From Candidatus Sumerlaeia bacterium (GTDB lineage: Bacteria; Sumerlaeota; Sumerlaeia; SLMS01), in the NCBI GenBank assembly GCA_038208905.1, contig JBBQYG010000060.1:1-20138 (forward strand): 20,138 nt of DNA, read 5' to 3'. Below, piece by piece: positions 1 to 8,914 of this stretch. Under the pieces are notes generated by a model. It was not told the origin of the DNA and ran no database searches. It saw nothing but the letters and a program-made list of their open reading frames with translations. The position numbers and the translations under genes are program-made. The number at the start of each line of letters is the position of its first letter. Positions within the stretch are counted from its first letter, which is position 1.

Positions 1-1
1 A

Positions 2-1078
2 GCCGGCGCGGTCGCCGGGAAAAAGTGACTTGGGCATTCCTTGCACGCTCGACGAGCCCAGCAGCACCACGCGGAGCTTCCCGTCCTCCGGCTCCACCGT
101 CAGCGCCGCGTTCTCGTCGAAGAACTGCGCCAGGCGCGCGAAGTAGATGCCAAACCACTTCTCCGGCTTCTCCACCGCCGCCAGCATCGCCGCCTGGTGA
201 AAGCTCAGGTGATCGGGAAGGTGCTCCGTCCAGTAGGGCCAGCTATGCGTGCCGCGGTGCTCGCGCCAGATATGGGGGACCTTCAGCTCCATCAGCTTCT
301 CGTGCAGTTGCCGGTTGTCGGCGATGGCGCCGGTCTTGGTGTCGTCCTCGCCGCAGTCGAACAGCAGCTTCACATTGGCCGTCTGGAATCGATCCGCCTG
401 ATCCCACACGGAATTCTCGATCCATCGCTGGGGGAACTTGTCCAGCGGACCCAGCCGATCAACCACCTCACCCCGCGCGCCGTGGTTGGTCAGCTTCAGA
501 ATTCCCGACAGCGACGACGCCGAGCCATAGAGATCGGGATGCCTTGCCGCCATCAGCAGCGCGCCGTGACCGCCCATGCTCAGGCCCATCAGGCCACGGG
601 CCTCGCGCCTTGGGATCGTCGGAAAATTCGCATCCACATACTGGAGCAGGTCCTGCGTCAGGTAGGTCTCATACTGGCACTCCGGCATCACCGGGCTGTT
701 CAGGTACCAGTTGAACTGGCCGCCATCGGGAAACACCAGGATCATGCGATAGCGCCTGGCCATCTCCTCCGCGTTCCCCTTCTCCGGCCAGTCCGCGTGG
801 GAGCCCCACTTGCCGTGGAGAACGTAGAGCACGGGAAACCGCTCCGCCGGGTCCCCCGTCGGCGGCGTATAGACATAGAAGAGCTTGTCGGTGGTAAGGG
901 CGTCGCTGTGGTGCGTCGCCAGGCGAAGGCTTGTCGCCTCCGCCGCGCGGGAGAGGGTGGGCGTCAGGAGCGCGAAAATCGCCAGAATCAGGCACACAAG
1001 CGTGGCGCGGGCGCCTCGCCCGCGAGTTGACATCGCCATCCATCGCGGACGAGACGCCCACGCCACGCTGTTGTTCAT
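2..1078 (-). CDS. Secreted alpha/beta-hydrolase esterase (PF00756-like) with probable C-terminal SGNH/GDSL domain; 3' end lies outside the window
   Basis: Not in the ORF track; translated by hand. ATG at 1078 follows an AAGGAGGAG RBS inside the gpsA 3' end (alternative ATGs at 1039/1033). Signal-like segment LVCLILAIFALLTPTLSRA, then FPVLYVLHG, ILVFPDG, nucleophile elbow GLSMGG (569-586), DCGEDD, GTHSWPYW, then RVVLLGSSSV (44-73). No stop before the window edge. Confidence 0.85.
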   Translation of the reverse strand, partial: MNNSVAWASRPRWMAMSTRGRGARATLVCLILAIFALLTPTLSRAAEATSLRLATHHSDALTTDKLFYVYTPPTGDPAERFPVLYVLHGKWGSHADWPEKGNAEEMARRYRMILVFPDGGQFNWYLNSPVMPECQYETYLTQDLLQYVDANFPTIPRREARGLMGLSMGGHGALLMAARHPDLYGSASSLSGILKLTNHGARGEVVDRLGPLDKFPQRWIENSVWDQADRFQTANVKLLFDCGEDDTKTGAIADNRQLHEKLMELKVPHIWREHRGTHSWPYWTEHLPDHLSFHQAAMLAAVEKPEKWFGIYFARLAQFFDENAALTVEPEDGKLRVVLLGSSSVQGMPKSLFPGDRAG

Positions 1079-1079
1079 C

Positions 1080-2075
1080 CTAGTTCTCCTCCTTGAGTTC
1101 GCGAGACATCAGGCGGATGACCGCCTCCCGGGGATTCCATTCGCCGTCCATGATGCGGACGACCGCCTCCGCGAGCGGGACGGACAGCCCGCGCTCCGCC
1201 GCGATGCGGCACACGGCCCGCGCCGTCGGGGCGCCCTCCACGGTTTCGCCGATGCCGCCCAATGCCTCCGCCGGTTTGCCGCCCTTGCCCAGGGCCTCTC
1301 CAAAGCGCCGGTTGCGCGAGTGCGGGCTGAAGCACGTCACGCACAGGTCGCCGATCCCCGCGAGTCCGGAGATCGTGGACTCCTGGGCGCCGAGTTCCAC
1401 CGCGAAGCGGCGCATCTCCGCCAGCCCCCGCGTCAGCAGGGCGCTCTTGGAATTCGCGCCATAGCCAAGCCCATCCCCCACGCCCGCCGCGATGGCGATC
1501 ACATTCTTGTAGGCGCCGGCATACTCCACGCCCAGCACGTCGGCCTGTCTATACACGCGGAAGGCGGGCCCCGCAAACCAGCGCTGGATCGCTCCCGCGG
1601 AGTCGGCATCGGAACACGCCGCCACCACCGACGTGGGAATGCCCTGGGCTACCTCGCGCGCGATGCACGGACCGCTGATCACGCCGACGCGCGTGTCGGG
1701 CAACGCCTCCTCGATCACCGCGGAGAGCGGCCTAAGCGTCGTCAGGTCGATCCCCTTGCTCGCGATCACCATCAGGGGAATCGCGATCTCCTCCTCGCGG
1801 AGCCTCTTGCACAGCGCCGTCGCCGCCTGTGCCGGAATCACCAGCACCGCCGCGTCGCAACCGCGCGCCGCCTCGGCGATCTCCGTCGTCAGGGTCAGCG
1901 CCGGCAGCTTCAGTTCCGGCACGCCGGGCGGATGCCCCGTTTCGCGGAGTTGCTCCAGCTCCTCGCCGGAATGGCACCACACCCGAACTTCGTGTCCGTT
2001 CGCGTGCAGCAGCGCCGCCAGCGTGCTCCCCCACGATCCCGCCCCCAGCACCGCCAGCTTCGCCCTATCCGTCAC
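1080..2075 (-). CDS. gpsA: NAD(P)H-dependent glycerol-3-phosphate dehydrogenase
   Basis: LAVLGAGSWG Rossmann motif, ASKGI, ISGP, GAYKNVIAIAAG, GLAGIGDLCVTCFSPHSRNRRFG. The GTG start at 2075 overlaps the upstream TGA (GTGA) and is preferred over the track start at 2147. Confidence 0.95.
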   Translation of the reverse strand: MTDRAKLAVLGAGSWGSTLAALLHANGHEVRVWCHSGEELEQLRETGHPPGVPELKLPALTLTTEIAEAARGCDAAVLVIPAQAATALCKRLREEEIAIPLMVIASKGIDLTTLRPLSAVIEEALPDTRVGVISGPCIAREVAQGIPTSVVAACSDADSAGAIQRWFAGPAFRVYRQADVLGVEYAGAYKNVIAIAAGVGDGLGYGANSKSALLTRGLAEMRRFAVELGAQESTISGLAGIGDLCVTCFSPHSRNRRFGEALGKGGKPAEALGGIGETVEGAPTARAVCRIAAERGLSVPLAEAVVRIMDGEWNPREAVIRLMSRELKEEN

Positions 2076-2680
2076 GGTGTCGATTTCCTTCCGGTCAGCA
2101 TCAGTTCCAGGCTCGGCTGCACCCCGCCGAGCTTCTTCATCACCCACACGCCGCCGTCGCGCTCCATCATCACCGTCATCTGGGAATTGTCCCCTGCGCG
2201 GATCGTTACCTCCGTGTCCCCGTTCTCGATCTGGCGTCGCGTCTCCACCATGGTGATGCCGCTGAGCGGCTTGAAGGAGAGGATGTATGCCATCGCCTCC
2301 AGCCGCTTCTGGCCCTCTGCCATTTCTGCGAATTTCTGTGGCTCCGTCTGATACATCACCTTGGCGATGCCGTCGATGTTCTTGTCGAAGTAGTCGCGCG
2401 AATCGCTGTCGAAGAATCGCAGCAGCATATTCACATCGCTGTGGGAGGGAATCGGGGAGCCCGGGCCAACATAGGGCCGTGCGATCTCGGTGAACGCGGC
2501 CAGGGTCTCCTCCACGGTGTCCAGCTTGCGGCGGGGGTCGCTGCCAAAGAAGAACATATAGACCAGCCAGCCCAAGAGCGCCACGGGCACGATGATCGTG
2601 ATAAGCTTCAGGAACGCCTTCGCGCTATCGGGCTGGTCGTCCGGCGCCTTGTAGGCGGCGACGGTATCCTTTTTGGCCAT
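2072..2680 (-). CDS. Hypothetical single-pass membrane protein (C-terminus reminiscent of NTF2-like/DUF4878 folds)
   Basis: GGAGGA RBS before ATG 2680 (MAKKDT...). One TM (LITIIVPVALLGWLVYMFFF). C-terminal TEVTIR...TVMMERDGGVWVM pattern. Translationally coupled to gpsA. Confidence 0.7.
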   Translation of the reverse strand: MAKKDTVAAYKAPDDQPDSAKAFLKLITIIVPVALLGWLVYMFFFGSDPRRKLDTVEETLAAFTEIARPYVGPGSPIPSHSDVNMLLRFFDSDSRDYFDKNIDGIAKVMYQTEPQKFAEMAEGQKRLEAMAYILSFKPLSGITMVETRRQIENGDTEVTIRAGDNSQMTVMMERDGGVWVMKKLGGVQPSLELMLTGRKSTP

Positions 2681-2711
2681 GATGCGATTCCTCCAGTACC
2701 GGATGGCGCCG

Positions 2712-2740
2712 ATCTTTTCGGGCCGGGCCTCGGGTGTCAA
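2712..2740 (-). promoter_or_regulatory. Putative sigma70 promoter for the hypothetical-gpsA-esterase unit
   Basis: Minus strand: perfect TTGACA (2735-2740), 17-nt spacer, AAAGAT (2712-2717). Confidence 0.45.
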
Positions 2741-2768
2741 TTGCGCCGCGCGCCCCATGTGGTAACGT
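2741..2768 (+). promoter_or_regulatory. Putative sigma70 extended -10 promoter for the cyclase operon (probably leaderless)
   Basis: TTGCGC (2741-2746), 16-nt spacer, TGnTAACGT (-10 at 2763-2768). ATG follows 7 nt later at 2776 with no SD. Confidence 0.4.
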
Positions 2769-2775
2769 CGCCGCC

Positions 2776-5013
2776 ATGTCTCGCCTACCGGCCTCCAAAC
2801 CGCCCAGCGGGCCGCGCCGACCCGGCCAGGGAGAGGCACGCCCCCGGTTCCTCGTCCTCCTGCTCTTGGCGATGGTCCCCCTGCTCCTTGTGGAGTTCGC
2901 CCCGATCCCCCTCCTGCGGTCCTTCGAGGACGCCGTTTACGACCGCCGAACGAGGCTCCGCAACGCCATGGAGCCCCAGCCCATCAGCGACCGCATCCGC
3001 GTCATAGGCGTGGGCGATGCCGACGAGCAGCGCCTGGACGAGGACCTCCACTCGCGCCAGGCGTGGATCGAATTGCTCGCCCGCCTTCGCGACTGGCGCG
3101 CCCGGTCCGTCACGTTCGACATGTTCTTTGTGGAGGAGAAATCCAGCGACGGCCTCTTCGCCTCCACCATCCAAAGCGACGACCTCCCCGTGGTCCTCGC
3201 CTACAATTTCCGCCGCCAGGGCCTCGGGCTCACTCCGCTCCGCGATGCGCCGACGGATTTCGAGGAGCAGATTGAGACGCTCAAGACCGAAACCGATCCC
3301 GCCGCCCTCGCCGCACAGGTCCGCTTCCTGGACGACTACCTCCATCAGCTTCGCGAGATCGAGCGCCAGGTTCGCTCCGCTTCGGACGCCGACTTCCCTG
3401 CGGCCGACCGCGCCGATCTCTACAACCGCCTCGCGTGGGCGCGCGACCTGCGCGGGCAGTCGCTTTCCCGCTGGTTCTTCCACAGCCAGGGGCGCGAGTG
3501 GAGTGGCAAGGGGCACCCCTTCCACGCGGAGGAAATCCGCATCCTCGCCCCGCTGCCGATGCTCGCCGCCCAAGGCTTCGGATTCGCCAATGTCGAGAAG
3601 GGAACCGAGGATGTCGTGCGCCGCGTTCCCGTGGTTTACGAATACGATGGGCGCCTGTTTCCCCAGCTCAGCCTCGCAACCGCTCTTCAGTGGTACGGCG
3701 TTCCGTTCCGCGATGTCGAGATCGACTGGGGGAGCGAGTTGCGATTCACCCCCGCGCGCAATCACAGCGGCACCATCCGCATCCCCATCGACGATCGCGG
3801 CCAGTACCTCGTGAATTTCCGCGAGGGCGAATCATTCCTCAATCGCCATCCCACCATTGCCGCCGTGCTCAACCCCGACCTCGCGCCGGCCAGCCTCGGC
3901 GGCGATCCGGCGGCGTTCTTTGGCGACACATTTGTCTTCATCGGGGAAGTTATCTCCGGCGGAGAGGCGACTGACCTGGAGCCGATCCCCCTCGCCGCCA
4001 GCTTCCCCATGGTCGGGCTTCACGCCAACCTGCTGGATAACATCCTGCGCGGCGATTTCCTCCGCGTGGCCACCCCGATGCCGCGGGCGGCGCTGGCGCT
4101 CCTGCTGGCGGCGCTGCTGGCGGGGCTCTACTGGCGGCTCGATTTCGCGACCGCGTCGTGGCTCGCGCTCGCGGTGCTCGCGCTGCACCTCGTCGGCCAG
4201 ACGCTGCTGTTCCACCGCGTCGGCGTCGTGATGAACATCGTGCGGCCGGTTCTCGGGATGCTCTTCGGCGTCGTGCTGTTCTTCGCCTATGTGATCGTGG
4301 TGAAGGACCGTGACCGGCGCCTGGTGCGCGACGTGTTCCTCAAGTCCGTCTCTCCGCGCATCGGAGAGGAAATCCTCAAGAACTACGGCGACGACTCGAT
4401 CTGGGCCGCGCGGCGGGAGATCACCATCCTCTTCATCGACATCCGCGGCTACACCAGCATGAGCGAAAAGGCCCCGCCGGAGGCCGTTCTCGCGCTCCTC
4501 GAACATTTCTACGAAACGGCATCAGAATGCGTCTTCCGTCACGACGGCCAAGTGAACAAGTTCCTTGGCGACGCCGTGCTGGCGCTGTTTGGCGCCCTCA
4601 AGGAGGAACCAGCCAACCACGCGGAGCGCGCCCTGCGCGCGGCCATCGACATCCAGCTCGCCATGGGGCGCCCCGCCGAGTCAGGCTTCCACCCCGCCCA
4701 GGGCATCGAAGTCGCCACCGGGGCGGCGATTAATACCGGGGAGGCAACAGTCGGCCTTGTCGGGCGGCTCCGCATCGAGTACACCGCCCTCGGCGACGCC
4801 GTAAATATTGCGTCGCGCCTGCAATCCCTTGCCTCGGTTGGCGAAGTCATAGTTGGTGAGAAGAGCATGACCATGCTGGGCGGACCCGAATCCGAGCTGA
4901 TCCGGGGGCTCCCGCTGGATGTGGGCCCAAGGGAATACCTCCCCCTGAAAGGGAAGGCGAATCCCGAACCCCTCTACCGGGCCACGATCCGCCGGTCCTC
5001 TTCTGAAATCTGA
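2776..5013 (+). CDS. CHASE2-domain membrane-bound class III adenylate cyclase
   Basis: N-terminal TM; CHASE2 motifs (ARSVTFDMFF, GFANV..EDVVRRVP, IPIDDRGQYLVNF, GLHANLLDNIL); three TMs; catalytic domain ITILFIDIRGYT, NKFLGDAVLALFG, EYTALGDAVNIASRLQ. The Lys/Thr pair suggests ATP specificity. Confidence 0.9.
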   Translation: MSRLPASKPPSGPRRPGQGEARPRFLVLLLLAMVPLLLVEFAPIPLLRSFEDAVYDRRTRLRNAMEPQPISDRIRVIGVGDADEQRLDEDLHSRQAWIELLARLRDWRARSVTFDMFFVEEKSSDGLFASTIQSDDLPVVLAYNFRRQGLGLTPLRDAPTDFEEQIETLKTETDPAALAAQVRFLDDYLHQLREIERQVRSASDADFPAADRADLYNRLAWARDLRGQSLSRWFFHSQGREWSGKGHPFHAEEIRILAPLPMLAAQGFGFANVEKGTEDVVRRVPVVYEYDGRLFPQLSLATALQWYGVPFRDVEIDWGSELRFTPARNHSGTIRIPIDDRGQYLVNFREGESFLNRHPTIAAVLNPDLAPASLGGDPAAFFGDTFVFIGEVISGGEATDLEPIPLAASFPMVGLHANLLDNILRGDFLRVATPMPRAALALLLAALLAGLYWRLDFATASWLALAVLALHLVGQTLLFHRVGVVMNIVRPVLGMLFGVVLFFAYVIVVKDRDRRLVRDVFLKSVSPRIGEEILKNYGDDSIWAARREITILFIDIRGYTSMSEKAPPEAVLALLEHFYETASECVFRHDGQVNKFLGDAVLALFGALKEEPANHAERALRAAIDIQLAMGRPAESGFHPAQGIEVATGAAINTGEATVGLVGRLRIEYTALGDAVNIASRLQSLASVGEVIVGEKSMTMLGGPESELIRGLPLDVGPREYLPLKGKANPEPLYRATIRRSSSEI

Positions 5014-5032
5014 AAGGGCGTTGTTCAAAACC

Positions 5033-5821
5033 ATGACCAACTTTGCCACCCACCGCAGGATGATGCCGATCATTGCCGCCTTGGCCGTCCTGTTTCTCTC
5101 CTCGTGCAGCACCGACTTGAAGTTTGGCACCGGCGCCATCTATCCCACCAGCTACCGCTCTCAGGAGGGGATCATCGTCTCCCTCCCCGACGATGTGAAG
5201 GACCGCGTCTATAAGATCCGCGTCGGCAGCTTCATCAACGCCCACTTCTTCAAGGTTTCCGTCTTCGACGCCTATCGGGAGGAAATCGGCGCGCGCGCCA
5301 AGGGCGTCTTTCGGGGCGGCGTCACCCTGACGACCCACGATGTCCTCAGCCAGATCCAGTGGCAAGACCCAGCCGATGGCCCCGTCGCCACGGCCCCCAG
5401 CCGCGACGTACAGACGATCCTGGGGGAAATGGGCTCGCTCGAACGCAAGGAACTCAGCAAGGAAGAGCAGAAGAACAAGAGCCAGGAGAAGCTGGCGGAG
5501 GAGGCCATCCGCGCCTCCAGTCTCGAGATGCTGGAACAGAAGGAGATTGGATACCTCCTCCGGTTTCAGGACGCCCAATTCGCCATGATCGACCAGCGCG
5601 CCACGGTCTCCTTCAGCATCCTCCTCGTCGATTGGCGCACCAAGAACATCTTGCTCAGGAAGCGCTATCAGGGACGCAGCCGTGCTTTCGATCCCTATAA
5701 CAACATGAAGACCAACGAAAAGGAGCTTCGCGCTGCGCTTAAGGAAGCCTTCAGCATCTCAATGCGGCCGATGATCGAAGATATCGGCGAGGCCTCCGGC
5801 GCACTGCGTACCTACAAGTGA
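5033..5821 (+). CDS. Putative lipoprotein of unknown function
   Basis: Signal peptide RRMMPIIAALAVLFLSSC with lipobox LSSC. Starts 19 nt after the cyclase stop, and its TGA overlaps the rluD ATG. The C-terminal ATVSFSILLVDWRTKNILLRKRY resembles CsgG/LptE/ABC-auxiliary lipoprotein strands. Confidence 0.75.
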   Translation: MTNFATHRRMMPIIAALAVLFLSSCSTDLKFGTGAIYPTSYRSQEGIIVSLPDDVKDRVYKIRVGSFINAHFFKVSVFDAYREEIGARAKGVFRGGVTLTTHDVLSQIQWQDPADGPVATAPSRDVQTILGEMGSLERKELSKEEQKNKSQEKLAEEAIRASSLEMLEQKEIGYLLRFQDAQFAMIDQRATVSFSILLVDWRTKNILLRKRYQGRSRAFDPYNNMKTNEKELRAALKEAFSISMRPMIEDIGEASGALRTYK

Positions 5822-6879
5822 TGGAAGACGACCCCGATCTTTCCGCGGAACCCCTCGACCCGCGCATCGTCGTCCCGGCGGAAGCCGCCGGAATGCGCCT
5901 CGACACCTGGCTTTCCCGCCTTCCCGGCGCGCCGTCGCGCAACCGCGTCCAGCAGCTCGTCAAGGACGGCCTCGTCCGCGTGGGCGGAAGCTCAGCCAAG
6001 CCGCGACACGAACTCTCCGAGGGCGACATCGTCGATATCGAGTGGCCGTTGCCCACCGACGACTGGCCCTGGCCCCAGGACATCCCCCTCGATATCCTCC
6101 ACGAGGACGACGAGGTCATCATCGTCAACAAGCAGGCCGACCTCGTCGTGCATCCGTCCGCCGGCCACCCCGACGGCACACTGGTCAACGCGCTGCTGCA
6201 TCACTTCCCTAACCTGCCCGGCATCAACGGCGTGAAGCGGCCCGGAATCGTCCACCGCATCGACCGCGACACCACGGGCCTGATGGTGATCGCCAAGACC
6301 GAACGCGCGATGACCGCGCTCGCCAAGCAGCTCGAAGCGCGCACGGTGAAGCGCCGCTACCTCGCGCTCTGTATCGGCGACCCCGCGTGGGAGGAAATCG
6401 CCGTGGACGCCGCCATCGGACGCGATCCATCCAACCGCCTCAAGCGCGCCATCGACGGCCCCCTGGCGCGGAAAGCCATCAGCCACTTCAGCGTCCTGCG
6501 CCGCTCCCACCAGTTTGCACTGCTGCGGTGCCGCCTCGAAACCGGCCGCACCCATCAGATCCGCATCCACCTAAAGCACATCGGCCACCCGATCGTCGGC
6601 GACGAGAACTACGACGGCGGCTTGAAACGCTGCGTCGAACGGCTCACGCCGCCGCAACACGACCTCAAGCGCGTCTTCAGCCACTTCAACCGCCCGTGGC
6701 TCCACGCCCACACACTCGGATTCCACCACCCGGGCCTCGACCGCCAAGTGTTCTTCCAGGCGCCGCCCCCCGACGATTCCAAGGAAGTGCTCCGCGCAAT
6801 CTTTGGCGACGTGATCGATGGGATCTGCGGAGGCCGCATCGTGGGAGTGACTCCGGGAAGCCTCCCCGCGGAGGAATAG
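5821..6879 (+). CDS. rluD: RluA/RluD-family 23S rRNA pseudouridine synthase
   Basis: S4 domain (GMRLDTWL..SRNRVQQLVKDG), NKQADLVVHP, GTLVNALL, RPGIVHRIDRDTTG (catalytic Asp), LETGRTHQIR, HPIVGD. Confidence 0.92.
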   Translation: MEDDPDLSAEPLDPRIVVPAEAAGMRLDTWLSRLPGAPSRNRVQQLVKDGLVRVGGSSAKPRHELSEGDIVDIEWPLPTDDWPWPQDIPLDILHEDDEVIIVNKQADLVVHPSAGHPDGTLVNALLHHFPNLPGINGVKRPGIVHRIDRDTTGLMVIAKTERAMTALAKQLEARTVKRRYLALCIGDPAWEEIAVDAAIGRDPSNRLKRAIDGPLARKAISHFSVLRRSHQFALLRCRLETGRTHQIRIHLKHIGHPIVGDENYDGGLKRCVERLTPPQHDLKRVFSHFNRPWLHAHTLGFHHPGLDRQVFFQAPPPDDSKEVLRAIFGDVIDGICGGRIVGVTPGSLPAEE

Positions 6880-6914
6880 AAAATGCCCACCATTCGCCCC
6901 TGTCGGGAGTCGCG

Positions 6915-7742
6915 ATGAACTACACGACGAAGTTCCGCATCGAACCCGGAAGCCGTGTCAGACTTGATAAGCTCGATCCGGGGTTCTCCGACAAGGACGA
7001 GGGCAAGTCCTCCTCCGGACCCCTGCTTGCGAATCTCCTCGATCGCATGGCGAAGCTACAGTACCGCCTCTATGCGGAACAGAAGCGCTCATTGCTCGTA
7101 TGTCTTCAGGCCATGGATGCCGGCGGCAAGGACGGGGCGGTTCGCCACGTTTTCGGCCCGCTCAATCCGCAGGGATGCCGCGCCATCAGCTTCAAGCAGC
7201 CTTCGTCGCTGGAACTCGCGCACGACTTCCTTTGGAGAATTGGGAAGGAAGCGCCCCGCCGCGGTGAGATCGTGATCTTTAACCGCTCGCACTACGAAGA
7301 CGTTCTCGTCGTGCGTGTTCACAAGCTGGTCCCAAAAGAAGTCTGGTCCAAGCGGTTCAGGCAGATCAACGACTTCGAGCGCCGCCTGGTCGCCAACGGA
7401 ACGCACATCCTCAAGTTCTTCATCCACATCAGCAAGGAAGAGCAGCTCGAACGATTCAAGGATCGTCTCGATGATCCCGAACGGAATTGGAAAATCAGCG
7501 ACGCCGACTACTCGGAACGGCTACTCTGGGATGACTACCAGGCCGCCTACGAGGACGCGATTGGCAAGTGCAGCACCGACTCAGCCCCGTGGTTCGTTAT
7601 TCCGTCCGACCACAAGTGGTTCCGCAATCTCGCGATTGCCCAGATCGTCGTCGATACGCTTGAGAAAATGGATATCAAGTCCCCTGAGCCGTTTACGGAT
7701 ATCGAGGAAATCCGCAAAATGTATCATAAGGCCTCCGGGTAG
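6915..7742 (+). CDS. ppk2: Polyphosphate kinase 2 family protein (class III-like)
   Basis: GGGAG RBS before ATG 6915. LQAMDAGGKDG Walker A, ELAHDFLWR, IFNRSHYEDVL, INDFER, APWFVIPSDHKWFRN. Confidence 0.92.
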   Translation: MNYTTKFRIEPGSRVRLDKLDPGFSDKDEGKSSSGPLLANLLDRMAKLQYRLYAEQKRSLLVCLQAMDAGGKDGAVRHVFGPLNPQGCRAISFKQPSSLELAHDFLWRIGKEAPRRGEIVIFNRSHYEDVLVVRVHKLVPKEVWSKRFRQINDFERRLVANGTHILKFFIHISKEEQLERFKDRLDDPERNWKISDADYSERLLWDDYQAAYEDAIGKCSTDSAPWFVIPSDHKWFRNLAIAQIVVDTLEKMDIKSPEPFTDIEEIRKMYHKASG

Positions 7743-7889
7743 GCGACTGGCAAGCGGGTTGGCAGGAAGACGACCCCGTAGGAGTTGCGCGAATCAGAAG
7801 CGCGAATCCCCGGAGTTCATCAACTGGGTGCGCCCGCCAATCAGACTCCGTGGTGAATACCGTTTTTTCCATCCCGACGTTCCCGGGGC

Positions 7890-8894
7890 CTACTCCGAAA
7901 CGCCTTCGATCACCACGCCCGGCGGGCCCTTCTCGATGTGGCCAATCTCCAGCGCGTGAACGGAGTTCCGGCGCAGGATCGTCAGTGTTTCCTTTGCGTC
8001 CCTGCGATCCACCACGATGCACATGCCGATGCCCATGTTGAACACGCGGTACATCTCCGCCGCCGCAACGGGGCCCTGGTCCTCGATCAGCTTGAAGACC
8101 TCGGGCACGTCCCACTTCGCGGGATCCAGCACCGCGCGCAGCTTCTTGGGAATCACACGCACCAAGTTTCCCGGCAGCCCGCCCCCGGTTATGTGGGCGA
8201 TGCCGTGGACATCGACTTTGCGGAGCAGTTTCAGCATCGGCTTCACATAGATCGACGTGGGCCGGATCATCATCTCCAGAACTTCGCGCCGCCGCGCGCC
8301 GCGGGGCTTCTTCTTGCCGTCAAGCAGCACGCGCCGCGCAAGGCTGTAGCCGTTGCTGTGAATTCCCGAGGACGGCAGACCGATCACCACGTCGCCGGCC
8401 TTCACCTTCGATCCGTCGATGGCGTGCGCCTTCTCCACCACGCCGATGGCGAATCCCGCCAGGTCAAAGCCACCCTTGGGATAGATGCCGGGAAGCTCCG
8501 CCGTCTCGCCGCCGGTCAACTGGCAACCCGCCTGGGCACAGCCCGCGACGATGCCCTTCATGATCTCCGCAGACTCCGCCACGCGCAGCTTGTCCATCGC
8601 GTAGTAGTCGAGAAACGCCAGCGGGCGCGCGCCGCTCGTGACGATGTCGTTTACAACCATCGCGACCAAGTCGATGCCGATGGTATCGAAGACGCGGAGT
8701 TCCTTCGCGATCAGCAGCTTCGTCCCCACGCCGTCGGTGGAGAGCACCATCACCGGCTCCTCGTACCCCTTGGGGATTGGGACGAATCCGCCGAATCCAC
8801 CGATGGCTGGATTGATGCGCTTGAGTTCCTCCACGAAGGCATCGCCCGCGTCGATATCGACACCTGCATCGCGATACGTAACCTTGCGCGCCAT
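7890..8894 (-). CDS. purM: Phosphoribosylformylglycinamidine cyclo-ligase (AIR synthetase)
   Basis: TYRDAGVDIDAG, IGGFGG, STDGVGTK, GIDLVAMVVND, GGETAELPG, SSGIHSNGYSL, AHITGGG, FNMGIG. Confidence 0.97.
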   Translation of the reverse strand: MARKVTYRDAGVDIDAGDAFVEELKRINPAIGGFGGFVPIPKGYEEPVMVLSTDGVGTKLLIAKELRVFDTIGIDLVAMVVNDIVTSGARPLAFLDYYAMDKLRVAESAEIMKGIVAGCAQAGCQLTGGETAELPGIYPKGGFDLAGFAIGVVEKAHAIDGSKVKAGDVVIGLPSSGIHSNGYSLARRVLLDGKKKPRGARRREVLEMMIRPTSIYVKPMLKLLRKVDVHGIAHITGGGLPGNLVRVIPKKLRAVLDPAKWDVPEVFKLIEDQGPVAAAEMYRVFNMGIGMCIVVDRRDAKETLTILRRNSVHALEIGHIEKGPPGVVIEGVSE

Positions 8895-8914
8895 CGATGG
8901 TCTCCCGTGCGTTT

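Noticed and set aside
41..2351. Long plus-strand ORFs (41-1030, 885-2351)
   Set aside because: Antisense shadows of the esterase and gpsA genes, typical of high-GC DNA, with no recognisable motifs.
7743..7889. Possible small ORF (MEKTVF...) or ncRNA between ppk2 and purM; GCGCGAATC occurs twice
   Set aside because: No convincing RBS, homology or stable recognisable structure; the repeat is too short to be significant.
8891..8900. Perfect palindrome CCATCGATGG at the purM start
   Set aside because: 10-bp palindromes are expected by chance, and it does not match a PurR-type operator I can recognise.
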